Source of the DNA: Thermotogota bacterium
GTDB taxonomy: Bacteria; Bipolaricaulota; Bipolaricaulia; UBA7950; UBA9294
Length of the DNA stretch: 64,000 bases
Direction of reading: 5' to 3'
NCBI GenBank assembly: GCA_039679545.1
Contig: JBDKUT010000163.1
Span: 26,502-90,501 of the forward strand
The notes under the pieces were generated by a model. It worked only from the letters and a program-made list of their open reading frames with translations. It did not search any database and was not told where the DNA came from. Positions 9,856 through 19,789 of the stretch are shown in pieces (the stretch's first letter is position 1; each line of letters begins with the position of its first letter). A program made the position numbers and the translations under genes.

Positions 9856-10302
9856 CTACTCGATGCGCTGCAGGCCCAAGTATCGTGTCTTGGGAAACCC
9901 GCGCTGCAGGTCGTCCCAAAGGAGTCCCTTCAGGATCGCCGGATGAACGACCCAATCAGCCATTTCGCCGCGGGACGCGAAGCACGCTTCGACGACAAAG
10001 CCTTCGTCGGGGTCTCGGTGCTCGACGGTCGGCGACCCCTCGGCCGCCCGCGCGAGAATCCAGAACTTGCAGAAGTGGAGGTCCCCCTCGAGAAACTCCT
10101 CGATGTAGACGACGCGCTCGGGCACGACGTTGAGGCCCGTCTCTTCATACGTCTCGCGCCGGGCGCAGTCGAAGATCGACTCCTCGCCGCGAAGCCGCCC
10201 GCCGGGGGGGACCCAGAAGTCCTGTCGGCTGTCCAGGTGGTGCACGACCAGAAGAGCGCCCTCCCGGGCGACGATCGCGCCGGCACTGATCGCGTAGCGC
10301 AT
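9856..10302 (-). CDS. NUDIX hydrolase
   Basis: Nudix box GGRLRGEESIFDCARRETYEETGL. Confidence 0.9.
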   Translation of the reverse strand: MRYAISAGAIVAREGALLVVHHLDSRQDFWVPPGGRLRGEESIFDCARRETYEETGLNVVPERVVYIEEFLEGDLHFCKFWILARAAEGSPTVEHRDPDEGFVVEACFASRGEMADWVVHPAILKGLLWDDLQRGFPKTRYLGLQRIE

Positions 10303-10395
10303 GGTCTTGTGAGTGTCTTCCCGAGGCCGTCCGGCTTCAATCCCTCCCCATGGCGCGCCCAACCTCGATCGGCTATGGTAGCCATCGAGGGGACG

Positions 10396-12420
10396 ATGGC
10401 TCACGATTCCTGGCTTGACGAACTGAATCCCGCACAGCGCGCCGCCGTCACGCACGGCGCTGGCCCGCTGCTCGTCGTGGCGGGTGCCGGCACCGGCAAG
10501 ACGAAGACCCTCGCCTATCGCGTCGCCTACCTGATCTCGCAAGGCGTCGACCCAGGGCGGATTCTCCTCCTCACGTTCACGCGCCGTGCGGCGCAGGAGA
10601 TGCTTGAGCGCGCGTCAACCATCGTCGCTCGCGGTGCCTCGTCGGCAGGACGGGTCTGGGGAGGCACGTTCCACTCGATGGCCCACCGCCTGCTCCGGCT
10701 CTACGCTCCGTCTATCGGGATCGCCCGTGACTTCACCGTCCTCGATCAGGGCGATGCAGAGAACCTGATCCACTTCATCCGCCACGAGATGGGCCTCCAC
10801 GAGAAGGAAAAGCGATTCCCTCGAAAGGGAACGTGTCTCGCCATTTACTCGCGCTGCGTGAACTCCGGTGACGACCTCAAGGCCGTCCTCGAGCGCGACT
10901 TCCCGTGGTGCGATGAATGGGAAGAGGAGCTCCGGACGCTGTTCAGGAAGTACGTCGTCCGCAAGCAGGATCGAAGCGTCCTCGATTATGACGACCTCCT
11001 CCTGTACTGGATGGCTCTGCTCGACGTCCCGCAGCTGGCCGACGAGATCGGCGGACGGTTCGATCACGTTCTCGTGGACGAGTACCAGGACACGAACATC
11101 GTGCAGGCGCGGATTCTCTTCGGGATGCGCAAGACGTGCCGCAACCTCATGGTCGTCGGCGATGACGCCCAGAGCATCTATGCGTTCCGCGGCGCCACGG
11201 TGCGCAACATGCTCGATTTCCCAGCGCAGTTCCCGGGAGCGACGATCGTCAAGCTTGAGCAGAACTACCGATCCGTCCTCCCGATCCTCGACACGGCGAA
11301 TCGCCTGATCGCCGGGGCAAGCGAACGATTCGTCAAGGACCTCTGGTCGGAACGTCGGAGCACGACCCGACCGAAGCTCGTCACCTGCAAGGACGCCGCC
11401 GAGCAGGACGAGTACGTCGTCGACGCCGTGCTTCGGCACTACGAGGAAGGCATTCCCCTCCGCCGCCAGGCGATCCTCTTCCGCGCTGCCCACCTCTCCG
11501 ACACACTCGAGATCGAGCTCGCGCGGCGGAACATCCCGTACCACAAGTACGGCGGGCTCCGTTTTCTCGAAGCCGCTCACGTGAAGGACCTACTCGCCTT
11601 TCTCCGCGTGCTTGAGAATCCTCGCGACGAGCTGGCGTGGTTCCGCATCCTTGAACTTCTGGAGGGAGTCGGTCCGACAACGGCGTCACACGTCGTCGAG
11701 CACGTCGGACAGAGCGGCAATGACCCGCGTGTTGTTCGCTCGTTCGGCGGCTCTGCCGCCGCGCGTGCCGGTCTCGCCGACCTCGCCGATGTCTTCGACG
11801 ACCTCGTCCCGCTCGGACCGAAGAACCCCGAGGCGCAGATTGAGCGGATCCGACGCTTCTATGACCCCGTGTTCGAGAGAACGTATGAGAACCCGGTTGT
11901 TCGGGTCCGCGACCTGATCAGTCTTGAGCAGATTGCCGGGGGATACCGCTCACGACACCAGTTCCTCGCCGACGTTCAACTCGACCCGCCGACCTCAACG
12001 AGCGATCTCGCCGGAGCCCCCCACCTGGACGAGGATTGGCTCGTTTTGTCGACGATCCACTCGGCCAAGGGGTGCGAGTGGGACGTCGTCTACCTCATCC
12101 ACGCCGCCGATGGATTCCTCCCGTCCGACCTCTCGACCGGCTCGCAGGATGAGATTGAGGAGGAGCGCCGCCTCGTCTACGTAGCGCTCACCCGAGCGAA
12201 GGATCACCTCTACATCACGTGGCCTCTGCGCTACTACCACAAGTGGTACGCGCTCGGTGACGACCACGGCTACGCCCAGCTCTGTCGCTTCTTCACCCCA
12301 GACGTGCTCGACACGATCGACAACGTTGCACTCGCGGCACCCAAAGAGAGGGACGACGGAGGATCGTTCTACGACGTCGACGCGGACGTACGGCAGCGGA
12401 TGCGTGACATGTGGGAGTAG
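10396..12420 (+). CDS. UvrD/PcrA/Rep-family ATP-dependent helicase
   Basis: LNPAQ, AGAGTGKT, VDEYQD, VGDDAQSIYAFRGA, LEQNYRS, STIHSAKGCEW, EERRLVYVALTRA. Confidence 0.95.
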   Translation: MAHDSWLDELNPAQRAAVTHGAGPLLVVAGAGTGKTKTLAYRVAYLISQGVDPGRILLLTFTRRAAQEMLERASTIVARGASSAGRVWGGTFHSMAHRLLRLYAPSIGIARDFTVLDQGDAENLIHFIRHEMGLHEKEKRFPRKGTCLAIYSRCVNSGDDLKAVLERDFPWCDEWEEELRTLFRKYVVRKQDRSVLDYDDLLLYWMALLDVPQLADEIGGRFDHVLVDEYQDTNIVQARILFGMRKTCRNLMVVGDDAQSIYAFRGATVRNMLDFPAQFPGATIVKLEQNYRSVLPILDTANRLIAGASERFVKDLWSERRSTTRPKLVTCKDAAEQDEYVVDAVLRHYEEGIPLRRQAILFRAAHLSDTLEIELARRNIPYHKYGGLRFLEAAHVKDLLAFLRVLENPRDELAWFRILELLEGVGPTTASHVVEHVGQSGNDPRVVRSFGGSAAARAGLADLADVFDDLVPLGPKNPEAQIERIRRFYDPVFERTYENPVVRVRDLISLEQIAGGYRSRHQFLADVQLDPPTSTSDLAGAPHLDEDWLVLSTIHSAKGCEWDVVYLIHAADGFLPSDLSTGSQDEIEEERRLVYVALTRAKDHLYITWPLRYYHKWYALGDDHGYAQLCRFFTPDVLDTIDNVALAAPKERDDGGSFYDVDADVRQRMRDMWE

Positions 12421-12511
12421 CCAGTTCTGTGGGCGACGCCGGCCCTCCGAGGAGTGAGAGCCTCGAGCGCGCCTGTTCCATTCCATTGGGTTGTAGCGAC
12501 ATGCGGCGGTA

Positions 12512-12600
12512 TTGACGAGGACCGGCCTCGGATTATAATGGCAACGATTTCGGAAAACGATACACCTTAGAACTGAACAGCGCGAAAACGTTTTCCGAAA
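12512..12600 (+). promoter_or_regulatory. Sigma70-type promoter with LacI-type operator(s), copy 1
   Basis: TTGACG-16nt-TATAAT; perfect palindrome GAAAACGTTTTC (12584-12595); inverted pair TTTCGGAAAACG / CGTTTTCCGAAA (12548-12559 / 12589-12600). Confidence 0.75.
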
Positions 12601-12606
12601 CAGCCC

Positions 12607-12745
12607 ATGAACCGACGAGAGCCGAGGAAGCGAGCCACAGTCCGCGACGTCGCACTTCGCGCCAGTGTATCCATCGGCAACGTCTCCCGAGTGATCAACT
12701 ACGGTGTCTCCTCCCAAGTGCACGACACGACGCTCACGCGTCTGA
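12607..12745 (+). pseudogene. Truncated LacI regulator (HTH only), duplicate of the 18663 gene
   Basis: MNRREPRKRATVRDVALRASVSIGNVSRVIN matches MNRREPKKRATIRDVALRAGVSISTVSRVIN; similarity is lost after about HDTT. Confidence 0.85.
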
Positions 12746-12908
12746 CCCAGGGTGCATATCAACTCACGCGATCCACAATTACAGGAGACACCCCGCAAGC
12801 ACGAGCGATACGAAAACGCTGCCCGTGCAGCAAGGGAGGTGGTCGCAGAGCCAATGCGCTTGGTGCATTACGTGATGATAATGTCATATACATTTAAAGG
12901 AGGTTGCG

Positions 12909-14495
12909 GTGGTCATTAGGCGTAAGCGCGTGTACGTCGCAGTTCTCGTAGGAGCGCTGTCCTTGTTGCTCTATGGGACGCCTCTGCTCGCTAGTACTCC
13001 TGCAGACACCTTGGTCGTTGGAACCTTGCAGGAGATCTCTCTTGTGGACCCATCTATCGACTACAGCTTCACCGGCGGGCCCATCTTCCCAGCTGCGTAT
13101 GAGCGCCTCGTCACCTTCAATAGCCACACCGGGAAGGTTGAGCCTGAGCTAGCCGTCAGTTGGGACATATCGGAGGACGGCACGGTCTACACCTTCAACG
13201 TGCGGCAGGGAGTGCAGTTTCACGATGGGTCAGCCCTCAACGCGGAATCTGTCAAGATCGCGTTTGACCGAACGATGAAGATCAACAGGGGACCGGCATG
13301 GATGCTGCGCGACTACGTCAAGGAAGTCGCTGTCGTCTCACCCTACGTCGTGCAGATTACTCTGAAGGCTCCGTTCGGCCCCTTCTTGAAGGTGCTGACC
13401 TCCTCTTGGGGTATGTCGATCATGAGCCCGAAAGCCTTGGCCGATCATGAGGAAGCGGGCGATCTCGCGCAAGGCTGGTTCCACGACAATATGTGCGGCA
13501 CGGGACCGTACAAACTCGTCAGCTGGACGAAGGGCCAACAGATGGTGTTCGAGAAGTTCGACGCATATTGGCGCGGATGGGACGGGAACCATGTTGACCG
13601 AGTCATCGTGCGGGTGGTCCCTGACCCTACGACCTTGGTCATGATGCTTCGAAACGCTGATATAGACATCGCCTCGTACGGGCTGGTTTCCGAGTTAGGA
13701 CCAAGCCTCGAGGGTGCCCCCCACTTGGTCACAGAGTCATACGAGACCTACACAACGGAAGCCGCTTTCATGAACACGACACGCGCCCCTCTTGACGACG
13801 TCAGAGTGCGCCGAGCCATGTCGTACTCATTCCCCTACGAGGGAGCCTTGCAGGCCTATGGCGGCTACGCGGAGCGCTTGATTGGCCAATTGCCGCCCTC
13901 CTTGCCTGGTTTTGATCCCAACAGTCAGGTCTATCATCAAGACCTGGCCCTGGCCAAGAAACTGCTCACGGAAGCAGGAATCAATGAGGGTAGCCTGGCC
14001 TTGGAGTGCACGTGGGTTACTGAACAGCCAACCGGTGGAAGAATCGCCGAGCTCTGGCAACAGGATCTGGCAACGATCGGAGTGACCCTCAAGCTGACCG
14101 AGGTGAACGCTGCCGGCGGTTGGCTCCGAATATCCAGCCCGGAGACAACGGCTGACTTCACGATCACGAGGTGGGGAGTCGACTACCCTGACGCTCTGTC
14201 CAATCTGCTGCCTCTATACAAGAGCGATCTCACACCTGACAAAGGCGGGTACAACATCGGGCGATACAGCAATCCCTACGTGGATCAGCTCCTCATCCAA
14301 GCCTCTCAGGAGGCGAATGTAGAAAAGGCAGTGCTCCTGGAGCAAGAAGTTCAACGCTACATCACGGACGATGCCCCGTCCATCTTCATCGTTGCAGTAC
14401 CGCAGCTTGTCTGCTATCAGGACACCGTCAAGGGGTTTGTCTACGACCCGGGCTACTTCAGCTCCTTCAACCTCTATAACATGTACAAGGAGTAG
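12909..14495 (+). CDS. ABC transporter substrate-binding protein, family 5 (Dpp/Opp-like), copy 1
   Basis: Signal peptide, LAVSWDISEDGTVYTF..RQGVQFHDG, GTGPYKL; SD AAGGAGG. Confidence 0.93.
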   Translation: MVIRRKRVYVAVLVGALSLLLYGTPLLASTPADTLVVGTLQEISLVDPSIDYSFTGGPIFPAAYERLVTFNSHTGKVEPELAVSWDISEDGTVYTFNVRQGVQFHDGSALNAESVKIAFDRTMKINRGPAWMLRDYVKEVAVVSPYVVQITLKAPFGPFLKVLTSSWGMSIMSPKALADHEEAGDLAQGWFHDNMCGTGPYKLVSWTKGQQMVFEKFDAYWRGWDGNHVDRVIVRVVPDPTTLVMMLRNADIDIASYGLVSELGPSLEGAPHLVTESYETYTTEAAFMNTTRAPLDDVRVRRAMSYSFPYEGALQAYGGYAERLIGQLPPSLPGFDPNSQVYHQDLALAKKLLTEAGINEGSLALECTWVTEQPTGGRIAELWQQDLATIGVTLKLTEVNAAGGWLRISSPETTADFTITRWGVDYPDALSNLLPLYKSDLTPDKGGYNIGRYSNPYVDQLLIQASQEANVEKAVLLEQEVQRYITDDAPSIFIVAVPQLVCYQDTVKGFVYDPGYFSSFNLYNMYKE

Positions 14496-14505
14496 TTTCT
14501 TCTTT

Positions 14506-14535
14506 CCCCCTGCGGTGCCTGCGCACCGCAGGGGG
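14506..14535 (+). terminator. GC-rich hairpin between SBP and permease (mRNA stabiliser or partial terminator)
   Basis: CCCCTGCGGTGC-CT-GC-GCACCGCAGGGG inverted repeat just after the SBP stop; no clear downstream U tract. Confidence 0.6.
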
Positions 14536-14548
14536 CCCATTCGACATC

Positions 14549-15562
14549 ATGGCCTACGTCATCTACGTCCTGAAGAGATGCGCTCTGCTGCTGCTCGTGA
14601 TCCTTGGGGTCGTGACACTGACCTTTTTCGTATCTCACGTGCTGCCTGCGGATCCCGCCAGACTCAGCGGCGGGATCCGTGCTAGACCGGAACAGGTCGA
14701 AGCCCTTAGGGCAAAACTGAACCTCGACAAGCCCATACTCACGCAGTATTGGCTGTATCTTAGGGGACTGTCGAGAGGCGACTTGGGTACCTCGGTTCGC
14801 ACGGAGCAACCAGTGAGTAGAGATCTTCTCACCTACTTTCCCGCTACTCTTGAGTTGACGTTCTCTGCGGTGATGCTTGCCATGTGCGTCGGTATCCCGC
14901 TCGGAGTCCTTTCGGCCACCTCAAGAAGACGCTTCTTCGACTTCGGTGTCAGGACCTTCTCTGTTGGCGCTGTCTCTATACCCTCGTTCTGGCTTGGCCT
15001 GATGCTTCAACTGGTGTTCTACATGAACCTCAACCTGCTGCCTTGCCAAGGACGCCTCAGCCCCTTTGTCGCCCCTCCCAGCCACACTACCGGCCTGTAC
15101 GTTCTAGATAGTCTCTTGGCTTGGAACGGTGCAGCCCTGGTCAACTCTCTGCAGCACCTCGTTCTGCCCACGCTGGCCTTAGGTGCTGGATCACTTGCAG
15201 TCATGACACGAATGACGCGGTCCAGCGTACTTGAGGTTCTTCGTACTGACTATGTTCAGACAGCGTGGGCGAAGGGGCTCTCGAAACAGGCCGTTCTCCT
15301 CAAGCATGTGCTTCGGAACGCTCTCCTGGCAATATCCACCGTGATAGGCCTTCAAATCGGCGCTCTTCTTGCAGGATCTATCCCCATCGAAGTCGTGTTC
15401 TCCTGGCCTGGTGTTGGCTCCTACGCTGCGAAAGCCATCACGTTTGTGGATTTCAACGCCATTCTCGGGGTCACCATCATCAGCGCGGTGGCATATGCAG
15501 TGCTGAATCTCATGATCGATCTGCTGTACTTGTCAATTGACCCGCGTATTAGGTATGTCTAG
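14549..15562 (+). CDS. ABC transporter permease, DppB-like, copy 1
   Basis: LPADPA, GDLGTS, DYVQTAWAKGL EAA loop, IEVVFSWPGVG, DPRIRY. Confidence 0.93.
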   Translation: MAYVIYVLKRCALLLLVILGVVTLTFFVSHVLPADPARLSGGIRARPEQVEALRAKLNLDKPILTQYWLYLRGLSRGDLGTSVRTEQPVSRDLLTYFPATLELTFSAVMLAMCVGIPLGVLSATSRRRFFDFGVRTFSVGAVSIPSFWLGLMLQLVFYMNLNLLPCQGRLSPFVAPPSHTTGLYVLDSLLAWNGAALVNSLQHLVLPTLALGAGSLAVMTRMTRSSVLEVLRTDYVQTAWAKGLSKQAVLLKHVLRNALLAISTVIGLQIGALLAGSIPIEVVFSWPGVGSYAAKAITFVDFNAILGVTIISAVAYAVLNLMIDLLYLSIDPRIRYV

Positions 15563-15901
15563 CGCGCCTGACTCCATGCGAAAAACCGGCAGCCAACCAG
15601 CCAAACATAGGCCAGCGGTTCTCGGTCGCCTAGGCCTCCGCCCTCTATTGTTGTGTTTTCTGCAACGGGGTTGCGTGGGCCTAGAGGGATCGATGTGGCT
15701 GATCCTCGACTATGACTGGCTCCGACGCTGGGCCGTGGCGTTCGGGTGCGCGAAGCGCCTCATGCGGACTGGGACACAGCGAGTGCTGCCCGGCTGCGAA
15801 TCCGACATGTCATGGCGCATCCGGGCGGCGCCTGACCCTGCACGCCGCATCGCCGATAGCCAACCGAGAAGCCCAGTCCCCGCAACGGTCACGCCGCCAC
15901 A

Positions 15902-16789
15902 ATGGAGGTCCGCCGAGTGATCAGGAAGAGCTGCTACCTAGCCCGCAAGCTGATGAGCGTCCAGCGGGTCATCTCCAAGGATGCAATCGGCGTAGTGGGA
16001 GCATCGATATGTGTGCTCATGCTGGGCATTGCGCTGCTTGCCCCGCACATTGCGCCCTACAATCCTTTGGCAGCGGACATGAAGATCCGGCTAGTCGCTC
16101 CGTGCGCTGCGCATGTCATGGGAACGGATGAACTGGGCCGAGACGTCCTTTCTCGGGTGATCTACGGCTCTCGGATCTCACTGCTCGTATCGATTTCGGT
16201 TGTCTCTATCGCGTTCCTCGCCGGGGTCCTCTTGGGCGCTGTCAGTGGCTTCTTTGGCGGCTGGGTCGACAACCTCATCATGCGGGTGACAGATGTCTTC
16301 CTTGCGTTCCCCGCATTGATGCTGGCGATGGTTGTTGCGTTCGCCTTCGGTCCCGGAATCCGTTCAACCGTTCTGGCGATGTCGGTTGTCTGGTGGCCCT
16401 GGTATGCACGGCTGGTGCGGGCTTCTGCTCTCTCCATTAGGGAGCACACATTCGTTGAAGCCGCTCGTGCTACTGGTGTTTCGAGGGGGGGCATCCTCTT
16501 CCGCCACATACTCCCAAACTGCCTCGCTTCGTCTCTCGTGCAGGCGACGTTGGATATGGGGTATGCCATCCTTACGACAGCGACTCTGAGTTTTCTGGGC
16601 CTCGGCGCGCAGCCCCCAACCCCCGAATGGGGATCAATGATCAACCAGTCACGATCGTATCTTCTGGTCGCGTGGTGGACAATTACGTTTCCAGGCATAG
16701 GCATCTTCATCACAGTGCTCGGGATCAATCTCCTCGGAGATGCCGTTCGGGATTTCATGGACCCGAAACTGCGCCATGTCAGGAACTGA
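15902..16789 (+). CDS. ABC transporter permease, DppC-like, copy 1 (start uncertain; GTG 15917 is possible)
   Basis: MGTDELGRDVLSRVIYGSRISL, FVEAARATG, HILPN, PPTPEWG. Confidence 0.92.
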   Translation: MEVRRVIRKSCYLARKLMSVQRVISKDAIGVVGASICVLMLGIALLAPHIAPYNPLAADMKIRLVAPCAAHVMGTDELGRDVLSRVIYGSRISLLVSISVVSIAFLAGVLLGAVSGFFGGWVDNLIMRVTDVFLAFPALMLAMVVAFAFGPGIRSTVLAMSVVWWPWYARLVRASALSIREHTFVEAARATGVSRGGILFRHILPNCLASSLVQATLDMGYAILTTATLSFLGLGAQPPTPEWGSMINQSRSYLLVAWWTITFPGIGIFITVLGINLLGDAVRDFMDPKLRHVRN

Positions 16790-16801
16790 GAATGGAGGAC
16801 C

Positions 16802-17854
16802 ATGATGGCAGAACCAAGATGGAGTGACTATTCTGGTGTTGTGCACGTCCACTCTACGTGTTCTGATGGCTTGGGTTCGATGGAACAGATCATCGATGCG
16901 GCGTGTGCGGAGCACCTGGATTACCTGATTACTACGGATCACAACACGCTGGCACCAAGGCACCATGAAGGATGGCACGGCGATACCCTCGTCCTGGTAG
17001 AAGAGGAAGTCACTCAACCCGCCAACCATCTCTTGGCTTTGAACATCCGCGATGAGATCGTTCCGCCAATTAGCCCACAGCAATCGATCGACGCAGTGCT
17101 CGCACAGGGGGGGCTCGCTTTCATGGCCCATCCCTTCTATCAGGGGAGCAAACTTCTCGGCGATCCACCGATCCCCTGGACTGATTGGAAGGCGACTGGC
17201 TTCACCGGGATGGAGATCTGGAACTTCACGGCGGAATTGTATGAGAGCCTCTCGGAAGAGAAGGAGCTGCGACCGCTCGAGACGTATCGTGCGCTGATGC
17301 GGCCTAAAGCAGAGGTGTTGAGAACATGGGACCGGCTTCAGCAAGAACGCCGCGTTGTAGGCCTTGCTGGGCTTGATGCTCATGCGGAGCAGATCGTGCA
17401 AGGCGGAGAGAGAGTGACTCTATTGCCTTACGCAACGATATTCCGCACTCTCCGCATGCATGTACTCCTTGAGCATCCATTCACCGGTAGCCTGCCAGAT
17501 GACAGACGAGCTGTCTATGCGGCTCTACGAGACGGTCATGGTTATATCGCCTTCGAATACGAGTCCCCAGTAGACTCCTTCACCTTTGCGGCCGTTGACA
17601 GAACGGGAGCAATTGCAGGGGTGATGGGCGATGAGTTCGGATGGAAGCCTGGCATGCGTTTGTCCATCGCACTCCCCAGACCAGCAGCAATCAGGGTCAT
17701 CCGGAATGGAGAAACGCTCGAAGAGGTCTGCGGCCCTTCACTCCTTCTTTCTGTTGAAGAGGACGGCTGCTATCGCGTAGAGGTCCAGCGGGACGCTCTC
17801 CCGTGGATAGTGTCCAACCCCATATACATTCGAAATGGGCGCTCCTCAACTTGA
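16802..17854 (+). CDS. PHP-domain metallohydrolase (CehA/McbA-like)
   Basis: HVHSTCSDG, TDHN, AHP and GLDAH metal-binding motifs. Confidence 0.85.
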   Translation: MMAEPRWSDYSGVVHVHSTCSDGLGSMEQIIDAACAEHLDYLITTDHNTLAPRHHEGWHGDTLVLVEEEVTQPANHLLALNIRDEIVPPISPQQSIDAVLAQGGLAFMAHPFYQGSKLLGDPPIPWTDWKATGFTGMEIWNFTAELYESLSEEKELRPLETYRALMRPKAEVLRTWDRLQQERRVVGLAGLDAHAEQIVQGGERVTLLPYATIFRTLRMHVLLEHPFTGSLPDDRRAVYAALRDGHGYIAFEYESPVDSFTFAAVDRTGAIAGVMGDEFGWKPGMRLSIALPRPAAIRVIRNGETLEEVCGPSLLLSVEEDGCYRVEVQRDALPWIVSNPIYIRNGRSST

Positions 17855-17855
17855 G

Positions 17856-18215
17856 AAGAGCAGTACGGCGTGTTGGACGGCCGCCTAGCACAGCGGATGC
17901 GGATGCAGGCCATGCGGGCCGAGGTCGGCTGCACAGTTCGCCGGTCGCCGATCGACCGGGCACTCGGGCCTTTGACCGCGCGTTCACCGCAGCGGGAAAG
18001 ACGTTCGGCCGCTGAGGTGGGCCACGCCACAAGTCAGCCAGCCAAGGTGCCGTGCTCGGGTCAACCAACGCCGGCCTCGTCGCACGCATGGCCTCGCTGC
18101 CGCAGCCGGGAGAGATGGCCCTCAGTCATGTCGCACTACCCGGGCGGAGAATAGCCCAACCAGGCCGTCGCGGCCGACACGCCGGGAGGTGGACGAGCTC
18201 CTCTACGTCCACCCA
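17856..18215 (+). pseudogene. Collapsed remnants of the aminotransferase and ribokinase genes (termini only)
   Basis: 17856-17930 resembles 23323-23395; 17941-18015 resembles 24713-24787; 18030-18177 resembles 24800-24953; 18182-18215 resembles 25678-25712. Confidence 0.85.
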
Positions 18216-18249
18216 AACCACGGGCTCCCCTCGTTCACTGCGTTCCGCA

Positions 18250-18467
18250 GTGGCTGATCGGGGCGCGGACGCTCGATGGGTCCATCTCGGAAGCGGTCTC
18301 GGACTTGGCCGCCTCGAGACGATGCCGTGAGCCGACGCCATCACGACTTTTCCTGTCACGATGAGCAGACGCACGGCCGCGGACTCCACACCGGGGAACC
18401 CAGGCAAACGAACAAGAGCGACGGTTCACCGACACGTCCACAGGAACGAGCACTTTTCTGATAACCG
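18250..18467 (-). pseudogene. Possible universal stress protein remnant
   Basis: VIRKVLVPVDVS, and in another frame VVMASAHG, resemble Usp motifs; fragmented. Confidence 0.3.
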
Positions 18468-18567
18468 CCTCGCGGAGTTGTCAAGTCACGTGAAGGATCT
18501 CCGGAAAGCCGGACGCTGGAGAGGTCTCCTGCTCGACTTTGGCTAGTCGGAGCGGTTTGCGTCGGCA

Positions 18568-18656
18568 TTGACTGGGGGTGAGTCCTGACTATAATGGCAA
18601 CGATTTCGGAAAACGATACCCCGAAGAACCGAACAGCGCGCAAACGTCTTCCGAAA
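18568..18656 (+). promoter_or_regulatory. Sigma70-type promoter with LacI-type operator(s), copy 2
   Basis: TTGACT-16nt-TATAAT followed by GGCAACGATTTCGGAAAACGATAC, identical to copy 1; GCAAACGTCTTC site at 18640-18651. Confidence 0.75.
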
Positions 18657-18662
18657 CACTCC

Positions 18663-19727
18663 ATGAATCGACGAGAGCCGAAGAAGCGAGCCACGATCCG
18701 CGACGTCGCCCTCCGCGCAGGGGTTTCGATCAGCACCGTCTCCCGGGTGATCAATCACAAGGACTCCTCGCAAATGCGCGACACCACGCGGGAGCGCGTC
18801 GTCGACGCGATGGCGGCCCTCGACTACACGCCGGTGAAGGCCGCCCGCGACCTGCGCCGGCGAAGAACTCACGTCGTGGCCCTCCTCGTCCCCGACATCT
18901 CCAATCCGTTCTTCTCGCTCCTCGCACGCGGGGTCGAGGCCGCCGGATTCAAGGTGGGGTACTCGACGCTGATCTGCGACACCAACAACTCCGGGGACGA
19001 GGAGCGGCAGTACATGAGCGTCCTCCTTCGGCAGAACGTGGACGGGGTGATCCTGGTCCCGGTAGGAAAGCCCGACCGCGCGAGTCTGGAGAGGCTGGAC
19101 CGCTCGAACATCCCGGTGGTCACGGCGGATCGCCGGGCGCCGGGCATCCCGCACGTCGAGGCCGACAACGCCGGAGGCAGCCGCAACCTGGCGAAGAGCC
19201 TCGTCAGCCTTGGGTACCGAAGGATCGCGTACCTCGGAGGCCCGCAAGAGGTCAGTACGGCCGAGGACCGGCTCCAAGGCTTTCTGGAAGGCCTCGCCGA
19301 AGGCGGCGCCGCTCCGGCGGCGGTTCGCCGAGGAGATTTCACGTACGACTCCGGGGTGTCCTTGGGCGCCGAGATTCTGGGGGAAAAGCGCCTGGACGCC
19401 GTCGTCGCCGGCAACGACCTGATGGCGATCGGCGTCCTCCACGCGGCGATGGCTGCGGGGCGAAGAGTGCCCGAGGACCTTGGAGTCGCCGGATTCGACG
19501 ACATTCAGTGGGCGGCCCTCGTGCGGCCGCGGCTCACCACGGTCCGGGTCCCCTTTCTGGAGATCGGGCAGTGCGCGGCACGTGCCCTCGTCGCCCGCAT
19601 CCTGTCCCACGAGAGCGCAGAGGAGCACACCCGTCTCCCCGTCAGCTTGGTAATCGGCGACTCGACGTGTGCACAAAGGAATACAGGACTGGGTCGTCCT
19701 CGGGGAACGGACCCGAAAGCGAGGTGA
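18663..19727 (+). CDS. LacI family transcriptional regulator
   Basis: TIRDVALRAGVSISTVSRVIN HTH, PDISNPFF, NDLMAIG, VPEDLGVAGFDD. Confidence 0.95.
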   Translation: MNRREPKKRATIRDVALRAGVSISTVSRVINHKDSSQMRDTTRERVVDAMAALDYTPVKAARDLRRRRTHVVALLVPDISNPFFSLLARGVEAAGFKVGYSTLICDTNNSGDEERQYMSVLLRQNVDGVILVPVGKPDRASLERLDRSNIPVVTADRRAPGIPHVEADNAGGSRNLAKSLVSLGYRRIAYLGGPQEVSTAEDRLQGFLEGLAEGGAAPAAVRRGDFTYDSGVSLGAEILGEKRLDAVVAGNDLMAIGVLHAAMAAGRRVPEDLGVAGFDDIQWAALVRPRLTTVRVPFLEIGQCAARALVARILSHESAEEHTRLPVSLVIGDSTCAQRNTGLGRPRGTDPKAR

Positions 19728-19789
19728 TCGAAGGTCGAAGGGCAGTTCGGGAGCGTAGGCTACGGCAAGTGTGCAGGGAGGCTTGAACC

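Noticed and set aside
9460..10395. N-terminal extension of the helicase ORF (similar extensions on amrS, accB, ffh, rpsP and GNAT ORFs)
   Set aside because: Overlaps real genes on the other strand or frame; family homology begins at the downstream starts used.
18594..18662. LacI start at ATG 18594
   Set aside because: That ATG overlaps the -10 box, and the equivalent region in copy 1 contains in-frame stops; 18663 is preferred.
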